From Reclinomonas americana ATCC 50394 (Eukaryota): a stretch of 64,000 nt of DNA. Position 1 is the stretch's first letter. Every line of letters starts with the position of its first letter. The notes under the pieces were generated by a model. It searched no databases. It was given only the letters and a program-made list of their open reading frames with translations, and was not told the DNA's origin. Of this stretch, positions 36,962 through 45,057 are shown one piece after another. Position numbers and translations under genes: made by a program. The stretch covers positions 1,922,001 through 1,986,000 of the forward strand of contig PS015009.1 in the NCBI GenBank assembly GCA_048213135.1, read 5' to 3'.

Positions 36962-37016
36962 GTTATCCCGAAGTATAGCCTGTGCCGATGAGGAACGATA
37001 TCCGGAAGAGATACCT
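36962..37016. repeat. REP/MITE-like element (degenerate copy 2, inverted)
   Basis: AGCCTGTGCCGATGAGGAACGATATCCGGAAGA (36977-37009) matches the reverse complement of 11861-11893 at 31/33. Confidence 0.7.
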
Positions 37017-37112
37017 CACCGGCGCCGATATTTCGCTTCTGCGGGTACTCTTGCTGAACAATGCTGCCGGGTTATATCCGGGAGTGCAAACTTCCATGGT
37101 ATTTGTAACAAC

Positions 37113-37718
37113 TCATTTCTTCCTCCTGCTCAGGTAATGATGCCACAAAAAGTAACTCGCCAGCGACCGCAGCGGTTTCCATTCTTCCGATAAGGATAAA
37201 ATAGCTTCTCTTGTTTGTGCCGTCGTCAGCAATTTGATGGTATTCACCACCGCAATATCACCAATGGGAAAAATGTCTTTCGCCTGCAGGCAGAACATCA
37301 GGTAGATGTCGGTAGTCCAGTGGCCGATGCCTTTAATGGAAGTCAGTTGTGCTCTTATACTCTGTTCATCCAACTGGTGCAGGTTCTCCAGGTCAATGTG
37401 TTTATTCAGTATGGCCTCCGACAAAGCCCTGAGGTATTTCGCTTTCTGGCGGCTTACCTGGCTGGAACGCATTTCTTCGTCGGTCAGTTGTATCATACAG
37501 GCAGGGGTAAACTCTTTTATATAACCATTCAGTTTGCGAAAGTGGGCATCGGCAGAAGCCAGGCTCACCTGCTGTTCCAGTATGATTTTGCACAGCGAAA
37601 CAAAGCCTGATTCCCGCTGCCAGTTGGGAGGAGCACCGTATTGTCCGTAAATGCCTGCAAAGAGCGGGTGTTTGCGGGTGAGCAATTGAATGTCTTCCTC
37701 GTTGACGACAGGCTTCAT
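37113..37718 (-). CDS. DNA-3-methyladenine glycosylase II (HhH-GPD, AlkA-like)
   Basis: 'ILEQQVS', HhH 'LTSIKGIGHWT', 'FPIGD', 'WKPLRS'. Confidence 0.9.
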   Translation of the reverse strand: MKPVVNEEDIQLLTRKHPLFAGIYGQYGAPPNWQRESGFVSLCKIILEQQVSLASADAHFRKLNGYIKEFTPACMIQLTDEEMRSSQVSRQKAKYLRALSEAILNKHIDLENLHQLDEQSIRAQLTSIKGIGHWTTDIYLMFCLQAKDIFPIGDIAVVNTIKLLTTAQTREAILSLSEEWKPLRSLASYFLWHHYLSRRKK

Positions 37719-37913
37719 CAGGATAAAAGTAAAACAAAAAGCCCTGAATGACCTTTCTTCCCTGTTGTTGACTGTCTCTGCTGGTAAAAATAATTATAGC
37801 TGCAACCGCGTAATTTTCAATATCTTAAATGAATTAATACCGGCTCTGGAAAAAATACATTGAAAAAAATCGATGAATTATTTGGACGGAAAGAAGAAAC
37901 GTTATTAATTTTG

Positions 37914-37926
37914 CTAACGGTGTTAG
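37914..37926. promoter_or_regulatory. TetR operator 1
   Basis: CTAAC-GGT-GTTAG palindrome directly after TAATTTTG; recurs at 38561. Confidence 0.7.
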
Positions 37927-37941
37927 AAAAAATTGCAACCT

Positions 37942-38544
37942 ATGGGTGTAACAGAAAGAAGGCTCAGGCAAAAAGCAGAAGTGCGGTGCAGCATCCTCGA
38001 TACAGCCTGGAATATCGTGAAAGAGGAAGGATGGCAATCGCTGTCTGTGAGGAAAGTGGCCGACGCCATTGAATACAGTGTTCCGGTGATCTATGATCAC
38101 TTTGAAAATAAAGAAGCCATACTGCTGGAATTTGGAAAGCAGGGTTTTAACCTGCTGGTGAAAAAACTGCAACTGGCTAAGCAGAAGTCTGACGACCCCG
38201 GTGAACAACTCAGTCTCATTGCCGATGCTTACTGGAACTTCGCTTTCAGGAACAAGGAGTACTACCAGCTGATGTTCGGTTTGGGTATTGCCTGCTGCGA
38301 AACGGAAAAATGTCTTCCTGAGAAAGCGATCTTCCGTAACCTGGTGATGGAACCCATAGAAGCTATCCTTGCAAAGAATAAGGACAAAGGATTAAATGCC
38401 TGCTTAAAGTACCACACTTTCTGGTCTGTTATGCACGGACTCATCTCGATCAAGATGATGGCCAACTCCGACATCAATGATGAGCTGAACAAAATGGTAC
38501 TCGACGACGCCATCGCCGGCTTCATCCGCAATTTATACGGGTAA
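37942..38544 (+). CDS. TetR/AcrR-family regulator (WHG-type C-domain)
   Basis: HTH 'LSVRKVADAIEYSVPVIYDHFENKE'; 'WSVMHG'. Confidence 0.94.
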   Translation: MGVTERRLRQKAEVRCSILDTAWNIVKEEGWQSLSVRKVADAIEYSVPVIYDHFENKEAILLEFGKQGFNLLVKKLQLAKQKSDDPGEQLSLIADAYWNFAFRNKEYYQLMFGLGIACCETEKCLPEKAIFRNLVMEPIEAILAKNKDKGLNACLKYHTFWSVMHGLISIKMMANSDINDELNKMVLDDAIAGFIRNLYG

Positions 38545-38560
38545 TTTTTTTCACCCGTAA

Positions 38561-38573
38561 TTAACAGTGTTAG
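38561..38573. promoter_or_regulatory. TetR operator 2
   Basis: TTAAC-AGT-GTTAG followed by AAAAA, as at 37914. Confidence 0.68.
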
Positions 38574-38603
38574 AAAAAATAATAACGTTAAGTTAATATA
38601 GCC

Positions 38604-38672
38604 ATGAAAATTTTCCTGCCGTTCAAACGGCTACCACAGGACCTCATCATCAATCATAGGCTTCGGCCATAA
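38604..38672 (+). CDS. Possible 22-aa leader peptide
   Basis: MKIFLPFKRLPQDLIINHRLRP*; between operator 2 and the adaptor start. Confidence 0.3.
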   Translation: MKIFLPFKRLPQDLIINHRLRP

Positions 38673-38683
38673 ATTACCAGACT

Positions 38684-39889
38684 ATGCAACAGAAGAACAG
38701 GAGTATCAACCAGACGAACAGCCGCTCCGGGCTGACCAAGACTTTATCATTTGTATTCACCGCCATCGCCACCGCCGTTGTGTTGTACGCCTGCAGTTCA
38801 TCCGCAGGTAACCCGCCCGGTGCGCCACCACCTGCCGCCCTGCCCGTGATCGACCTGCAGGCATTGCCGGCTACCACTTACCAGGAATTTTCCGCCTCGC
38901 TCGAAGGCAGTAAGGATATAGAGATCCGCCCGCAGGCTGAAGGCTACCTGGAAAAGATCCATGTGGATGAAGGTGCTTATGTACACAAGGGACAATTGCT
39001 TTTCACCATCAACGACAGACCTTACCGCGAACAGCTCAACAATGCCCGTGCCACACTGGCCGCGGCACAGGCCAACCTGGCCACCGCTGAGATCAACGTT
39101 TCCAAACTGTCGCCACTGGTGCAGGGAAATGTAGTGTCGGATGTGCAGCTGAAAACCGCCAAAGCAGCGTACGCGGCAGCTTCCGCTAATGTGGAACAGG
39201 CCCGCGCCATGGTAGGTGATGCTACCATCAGGCTGGGTTATACGCAGATCAAAGCACCGGCGGAAGGTTACCTGGGACGTATACCTTACAAAACAGGAAG
39301 CCTTGTAGGACTTGCCACACCCGAACCTTTAACGGTGCTGTCGGAAGTAAAAGAAGTGCATGTTTATTTTTCTTTCAGTGAAAAAGACTTCCTGCAATTC
39401 AAAGACAGGTTTAGCGGCAAAACGATCGAGGAAAAAGTAAAACAATTACCGCCTGTAGAACTGCAGCTTGCCGACAACAGCATATACCCCCAAAAAGGAA
39501 AAGTGGAAACAGTGTCAGGCCAGTTCAACAACAGTATGGGCGCCATCAGCCTGCGGGCAACTTTCCCCAATGCGCAGGGATTATTGCGCTCCGGCAATAC
39601 CGGCAGGATAAGGATACCCCGCCAGGTGGAATCTGCCATCATCATACCACAGGAAGCCACATTCGAATTGCAGGATAAGATATTCGTTTTTGTTGTGGCC
39701 GACAGCAACAAGGTGATCAGCACACCCATATCGGTGAGCGGTACCAGCGGTAACTATTACCTGGTAGAGAAAGGTATTCAACCCGGGGCCAGGATCGTAT
39801 TCGCAGGACTCGATCGCTTGAAAGACGGCGCTGTTATACAACCGCAACGCATGTCGATGGACAGTGTCCTGAAAGCAAAACCATTGTAA
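38684..39889 (+). CDS. RND efflux periplasmic adaptor (MFP)
   Basis: Lipobox LYAC; 'EIRPQAEGYL...EGAYVHKGQLLF', 'YTQIKAP', 'LRATFPN...LLRSG', 'IPQEA'. Confidence 0.95.
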   Translation: MQQKNRSINQTNSRSGLTKTLSFVFTAIATAVVLYACSSSAGNPPGAPPPAALPVIDLQALPATTYQEFSASLEGSKDIEIRPQAEGYLEKIHVDEGAYVHKGQLLFTINDRPYREQLNNARATLAAAQANLATAEINVSKLSPLVQGNVVSDVQLKTAKAAYAAASANVEQARAMVGDATIRLGYTQIKAPAEGYLGRIPYKTGSLVGLATPEPLTVLSEVKEVHVYFSFSEKDFLQFKDRFSGKTIEEKVKQLPPVELQLADNSIYPQKGKVETVSGQFNNSMGAISLRATFPNAQGLLRSGNTGRIRIPRQVESAIIIPQEATFELQDKIFVFVVADSNKVISTPISVSGTSGNYYLVEKGIQPGARIVFAGLDRLKDGAVIQPQRMSMDSVLKAKPL

Positions 39890-39906
39890 ACTCATTATAA
39901 AAAGCT

Positions 39907-39971
39907 ACAAGTCCTGACGTTCAAGGAGGACCGGTAATGTCTATTGCCGGTCCATTCCTTCAACACTTGTA
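39907..39971. other. Long intercistronic stem-loop
   Basis: AAGGA-GGACCGGTAAT-GTCT-ATTGCCGGTCC-ATTCCTT core, extended by ACAAGT/ACTTGT. Confidence 0.6.
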
Positions 39972-40041
39972 TTTCCCTTTCACTGCAACACACCTGTTTT
40001 TTCCGGCTGTACCGGAACAGGGAATGCTATAAACTAATACT

Positions 40042-43000
40042 ATGCTAAAAAAGTTCATTGAACGGCCGGTATTGTCTACCGTCGTTTCTATCATCCTTAC
40101 TTTACTGGGGCTATTATCCCTGTTCTCGTTGCCCATTACATTGTTCCCTGATATTGCGCCGCCAACGGTGCAGGTAACAGCTACTTACCCGGGCGCCAAT
40201 GCCGAAGTAATGGCCCGTGCCGTAGCTACGCCCATAGAGGAAGCCATCAACGGCGTGGAGAACATGACCTACATGACGTCCACATCCAGCAACGATGGTA
40301 CCATGACCATCAACGTCTATTTCAAAGTAGGTACCAATCCTGATCTCGCGGCGGTGAATGTGCAGAGTCGTGTATCCAAGGCCGTTAGCCAGGTACCGCA
40401 GGAAGTGGTGCAGGCCGGCATTACCACCCAGAAGCAACAGAACAGTATGATTATGGTGCCGCTCATTTACAGTACCGACAGCGCATACGATGAAACCTTC
40501 CTGCAGAACTATGCCAAGATCAACATCATTCCTGAACTGCAACGGGTACCCGGCGTAGGACAGGCCATGGTGTTCGGCGCCAAGGATTATTCCATGCGCA
40601 TCTGGCTGAAACCCGACCGGCTGACAGCCAGCGGGCTTTCCGTTCAGGATGTTTTGTCTGCGATAAAAGAACAAAACCTCGAAACCGCACCCGGCCGTTT
40701 CGGGCAAAACAGTACCGCATCTTTTGAATACATCATCAAGTATAAAGGCAAATTGTCCGAGAATGCGGATTATGAAGATATCGTGTTGAAAGCATCACCC
40801 GATGGCTCGGTGGTTAAGCTGAAAGATGTGGCCCGTATCGAATTTGGTTCTTTTGCTTACAGTGCCAACACCTTCATTGCCGGTAAGCCTGGTATTGGTA
40901 TCGCCATCTTCCAAACGGCTGGTTCCAATGCCAACGATATCCTTACCGAAGGTGAGAAAGTAATGAAGAAAGCCGCGGCGTCGTTCCCTAAAGGCATCCA
41001 GTACTTCAACATGTACAGCGCCAAGGAATTTTTGGATGAGTCCATCGCCCAGGTAGAAGAAACGCTGATCATCGCGTTCATACTGGTATTCGTGGTGGTG
41101 TTCATCTTCCTGCAGGACCTGCGCTCCACGCTTATCCCGGCCATTGCTGTACCCGTGGCCATTATCGGTACCTTCTTCTTTATGCAGCTGTTTGGCTTTA
41201 CCATTAACCTGCTTACTTTATTCGCCCTGGTACTGGCCATCGGTATTGTGGTGGATGATGCCATTGTGGTGGTAGAGGCGGTGCACTCGAAGATGGAACA
41301 AACAAAATTATCGGCCCGGCAGGCTACCGTACAATCAATGAGTGAAATATCGGGCGCTATCATTTCTATTACACTGGTAATGGCCGCGGTATTTGTACCC
41401 GTTGGTTTTATGCAGGGCCCGGCAGGGGTATTCTATAAACAGTTCGCTTTTACACTGGCTATTGCCATCCTTATATCTGCATTGAACGCATTAACGCTTA
41501 GTCCGGCGCTTTGTGCTTTGTTCCTTAAAAATCCGCATGGTGAAGGAGAGGGGCACGGAAAGAAAAAAAGTTTCTCCGCCCGTTTCTTCTCTGCTTTCAA
41601 CGCAGGATTTTCCGCCACTACGGCAAGGTATAAAAAGAGCATCAGCTTTTTGATCGCCAGGAAATGGATCGCCATCGCAGGACTTGTCATCGTATCGCTG
41701 GCTACATTCTGGATGATGCGCAAAGCACCAACAGGCTTTATCCCTACCGAAGACCAGGGCTTTATTGTATACTCTGTTAACCTTCCTCCTGGTGCTTCGC
41801 TCGACAGAACACAGCATGTGATGAATAAGATCGACAGCATCCTTAATGGTGTGGAAGCCGTGGAAAGACGCGGTGCCGTAATCGGTCTCAATATTGTGGC
41901 CAATGCCAACAGTTCCAATTATGCCGTGGGCTTCATCCGCATGAAACCGCATGGTAAACGTGGGGCCGTCAATAACATCAATGGCGTGATGGGTATACTG
42001 AACGAAAAACTCAGCGCCATCAAGGAAGCCAGCATTTTCCTTTTCATTTATCCTACCGTGCAGGGCTTTGGTAATACGAGTGGTTTTGAATTCATCCTGC
42101 AGGATCGTACGGGTGGCCCGCTCGATAAACTCGGCGCTACGGCATATGGCTTCATTGGCCAGCTGATGCAAAGAAAAGAGATCGCTTACGCCTTCACCAC
42201 GTTCAACACCGGCAACCCGCAGTACATGCTCAACATCAATAAAGAAAAAGCAAAACAACTGGGTGTTTCCGTAACAGAGTTGCTGCAAACGGTGCAGGTG
42301 TATTATGGCAGCAGCATGGTGTCGGACTTTAACCGCTTTGGTAAGTTCTATCGTGTGATCGCCCAGGCAGATGTGGGTTACCGCTCAGATCCGTCAACAC
42401 TCAATAATGTGTATGTGAAAAATAATAAAGGAGAGATGGTGCCTGCCAGTACCATGGTGTCGCTGGAAAGGGTGTACGGTCCGGAGACAGTAACGCGTAA
42501 CAACCTTTTCAACGCGGTAACGATCAACGGTATGCCCAAACCCGGCTACAGTTCCGGCGACGCGTTGAAAGCGATACAGGAAGTGGCACAGGATTACCTG
42601 CCAAGAGGTTTCTCTTATGAATGGTCGGGTATGACAAGGGAAGAAGCAGGCTCCGGTTCGCAAACCAGTCTCATCTTTTTGCTGAGCGTGATCTTTGTTT
42701 ACTTCCTGCTGGCGGCGCAATATGAAAGTTATGTATTGCCATTCGCCATCATCCTTACCGTGCCAACTGGTATACTGGGTGTGTTCCTCTTTATCGGTAT
42801 GGCTGGTATTGAGAACAACATCTATGTGCAGGTAGGTCTTATCATGCTCATTGGTTTGCTGGCGAAGAACGCGATCCTGATCGTAGAGTATGCCGTGCAA
42901 AGAAGGAAGGCAGGTATGTCACTCATCGCCTCGGCGCTGGAAGCCTCACAACTGCGCTTACGACCAATTCTTATGACATCCTTCGCATTCATCGTAGGGT

Positions 43001-43194
43001 TGCTGCCGCTTACCTGGGCCAGTGGCGGATCTGCGCTGGGCAATCGCTCCATAGGTACCGGTGCGTTAGGAGGTATGCTTACGGGTGTACTGCTGGGCAT
43101 ATTCATCATTCCCGTACTGTTCGTCATTTTCCAGCGACTGCAGGAAAAAATCAGCAGGAAAGGAAAGATCAGGGAAATAGCCTTATCGGAATAA
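40042..43194 (+). CDS. RND efflux permease (HAE1/AcrB family)
   Basis: 1050 aa; 'FIERPV', 'YPGANA', 'GIVVDDAIVVVE', 'AKNAILIVE', 'RLRPILMTS'. Confidence 0.97.
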   Translation: MLKKFIERPVLSTVVSIILTLLGLLSLFSLPITLFPDIAPPTVQVTATYPGANAEVMARAVATPIEEAINGVENMTYMTSTSSNDGTMTINVYFKVGTNPDLAAVNVQSRVSKAVSQVPQEVVQAGITTQKQQNSMIMVPLIYSTDSAYDETFLQNYAKINIIPELQRVPGVGQAMVFGAKDYSMRIWLKPDRLTASGLSVQDVLSAIKEQNLETAPGRFGQNSTASFEYIIKYKGKLSENADYEDIVLKASPDGSVVKLKDVARIEFGSFAYSANTFIAGKPGIGIAIFQTAGSNANDILTEGEKVMKKAAASFPKGIQYFNMYSAKEFLDESIAQVEETLIIAFILVFVVVFIFLQDLRSTLIPAIAVPVAIIGTFFFMQLFGFTINLLTLFALVLAIGIVVDDAIVVVEAVHSKMEQTKLSARQATVQSMSEISGAIISITLVMAAVFVPVGFMQGPAGVFYKQFAFTLAIAILISALNALTLSPALCALFLKNPHGEGEGHGKKKSFSARFFSAFNAGFSATTARYKKSISFLIARKWIAIAGLVIVSLATFWMMRKAPTGFIPTEDQGFIVYSVNLPPGASLDRTQHVMNKIDSILNGVEAVERRGAVIGLNIVANANSSNYAVGFIRMKPHGKRGAVNNINGVMGILNEKLSAIKEASIFLFIYPTVQGFGNTSGFEFILQDRTGGPLDKLGATAYGFIGQLMQRKEIAYAFTTFNTGNPQYMLNINKEKAKQLGVSVTELLQTVQVYYGSSMVSDFNRFGKFYRVIAQADVGYRSDPSTLNNVYVKNNKGEMVPASTMVSLERVYGPETVTRNNLFNAVTINGMPKPGYSSGDALKAIQEVAQDYLPRGFSYEWSGMTREEAGSGSQTSLIFLLSVIFVYFLLAAQYESYVLPFAIILTVPTGILGVFLFIGMAGIENNIYVQVGLIMLIGLLAKNAILIVEYAVQRRKAGMSLIASALEASQLRLRPILMTSFAFIVGLLPLTWASGGSALGNRSIGTGALGGMLTGVLLGIFIIPVLFVIFQRLQEKISRKGKIREIALSE

Positions 43195-43220
43195 ATTATT
43201 AAACGAATCAACTGTAAAAA

Positions 43221-43310
43221 ATGAAAAAAATATTCTGCTCCATTTTTTTTCGTCTGCAGGAAAAGAACAATGGCAAAAAAAAGATCAAAGGCATCGCCTT
43301 CGCAGACTAG
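43221..43310 (+). CDS. 29-aa mini-ORF paralogous to the C-terminal tail of the upstream RND permease
   Basis: MKKIFCSIFFRLQEKNNGKKKIKGIAFAD* aligns without gaps with the permease end LFVIFQRLQEKISRKGKIREIALSE*. Confidence 0.55.
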   Translation: MKKIFCSIFFRLQEKNNGKKKIKGIAFAD

Positions 43311-43341
43311 GCAGGCAATCATCAAGAACAAACAAAAAACT

Positions 43342-44760
43342 ATGCAAAAGATAATTCACAATACATCACTCTCCGTTCTTGCCCTGGCGCTGCTTTTTGT
43401 GGCCGGGTGTAAAACCGCGAAGTACCAGCGCCCTTCCCTTGCCTTGCCTGAGCAGTTCACCGCAACAGCACAGGCCGATACCAGCAGTGTGGCGGATATT
43501 GAATGGAATAAAATATTTACCGATACCACCCTGCAGGGATTAATAAAGAAAGGGATCACCTACAATCATGATCTGCTGGTGGCGGTAAAACGCATCGATA
43601 TAGCCGCGGAACAGGTAAAACAGGCCAGGGCACTGCAATTACCGGAAATAGGATTGCAAATAGCGGGGCAGTATAATCATCCTTCCAAAAACAGCCTGAA
43701 TGGTGTTAGCGCCAATAGCTTCCTGGGCAAAAGTCATATCGAAAATTATAATGCCAATATTTCGGTTTCATGGGAAGCTGATATATGGGGTAAGATAAGA
43801 GGTAAGAAGGAAGCCGCCCTGGCCGACTACCTGCGCACACAGGAAGCCGCCAAAGCTGTGCAGACCAAACTGGTGGCGCATATTGCACAGGGATTTTTTA
43901 ACCTGCTGATGCTGGACAGGCAACTGGATATTGCACGAAAAAATCTTGCCCTGCGGGATACCTTTCTTATTGCCACCCGTTTATTGAAAGACGCCGGCAT
44001 AGTAACGCAACTCGCCGTTCAGCAGGCGGAATCACAGAAGCAATCAACTGCCCTGCTGGTACCGCAACTGGAGCAAAGTATAGCCATACAGGAAAACATG
44101 CTGCAAATGCTTACGGGTCAGTTACCGGGTACTATTCAAAGAAAAGTGGTTCTGTCTGACATGCATTTTACCACTGCCCCGGTAACAGGCATGCCTGTGG
44201 CCATGGTGGCCCGCCGTCCGGATGTGCGCACAACTGAAATGGCACTCATGATCGCCAATACTGAAGTGGGCATTGCCAGGGCGAATATGTACCCGGCGCT
44301 GAATATTACGCTTGGTGGCGGATTGGAATCTTTCAAGGCCAGTAACTGGTTCAATATTCCCGGCTCGTTGTTTGGCATTGCCGCAGGCGCCATTTCCCAG
44401 CCCGTACTGCAACACCGGCAATTGAAAACACAATACGAAGTGTCTAAACTACGCAGGGAGCAGGCGGTACTACAATTCCGGCAATCGGTATGGCAGGCCA
44501 CCAGCGAAGTAGCCAATGCACTGGTGCAGGCCGAAAAACTGCAGGAACAGGAAACCATTGCTTCGCAACAGGTAGATACGCTCACCGCAGCGGTAACCAA
44601 TGCACGGCTTTTGTTTAAAAGCGACCTGGCCAATTACCTGGAAGTGATAACGGCCCAGGCCAATATCCTGCAGGCCGAACTGAACCTTGCCCTGGTACAA
44701 CGGCAACAGCTCGACGCTTTTGTTGAACTGTACAGATCATTAGGTGGCGGATGGAAATAG
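43342..44760 (+). CDS. RND efflux outer membrane factor (NodT/TolC lipoprotein)
   Basis: Start MQKIIHN; lipobox VAGC; 'SWEADIWGK', 'RRPDV', 'YLEVI', 'LYRSLGGGW'. Confidence 0.95.
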   Translation: MQKIIHNTSLSVLALALLFVAGCKTAKYQRPSLALPEQFTATAQADTSSVADIEWNKIFTDTTLQGLIKKGITYNHDLLVAVKRIDIAAEQVKQARALQLPEIGLQIAGQYNHPSKNSLNGVSANSFLGKSHIENYNANISVSWEADIWGKIRGKKEAALADYLRTQEAAKAVQTKLVAHIAQGFFNLLMLDRQLDIARKNLALRDTFLIATRLLKDAGIVTQLAVQQAESQKQSTALLVPQLEQSIAIQENMLQMLTGQLPGTIQRKVVLSDMHFTTAPVTGMPVAMVARRPDVRTTEMALMIANTEVGIARANMYPALNITLGGGLESFKASNWFNIPGSLFGIAAGAISQPVLQHRQLKTQYEVSKLRREQAVLQFRQSVWQATSEVANALVQAEKLQEQETIASQQVDTLTAAVTNARLLFKSDLANYLEVITAQANILQAELNLALVQRQQLDAFVELYRSLGGGWK

Positions 44761-45057
44761 ATCACAATCCTTTCTTCGCATAGTTGAAGTTTCGTGAAAG
44801 GGAAGAGATTGGTTCCTTCCCGGCGGCGGCCCGTTTCGGCAATTATCCTATCTTTGAACGGATGGTTGCCGGGCGGGCTTACCGTTTTGGTAAACGCCCT
44901 ATCCGGCGGCCGGGCTGTTATTCATCCAATATCCTGGATAAGATCGGTAAAGAGATTGTTTATCAATAATTTTTGTATATTGATAAACGCTCAAATGGGA
45001 TTTTCTATACAGGCTTGAGCGTATACAGCATAGCATTTTATTCAATCTGAATTGCTG

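Noticed and set aside
43270-43341. Longer start for the outer membrane factor, or a frameshift fusion with the mini-ORF
   Set aside because: The signal peptide and lipobox fit the ATG at 43342. Permease and OMF are both intact, so no frameshift is needed.
26499-44760. Genomic island integrated at tRNA-Arg
   Set aside because: Accessory-looking genes follow the tRNA, but I found no integrase and no duplicated tRNA 3' end. The only echo, TCCTGGCAAGG near 50933, is too short.
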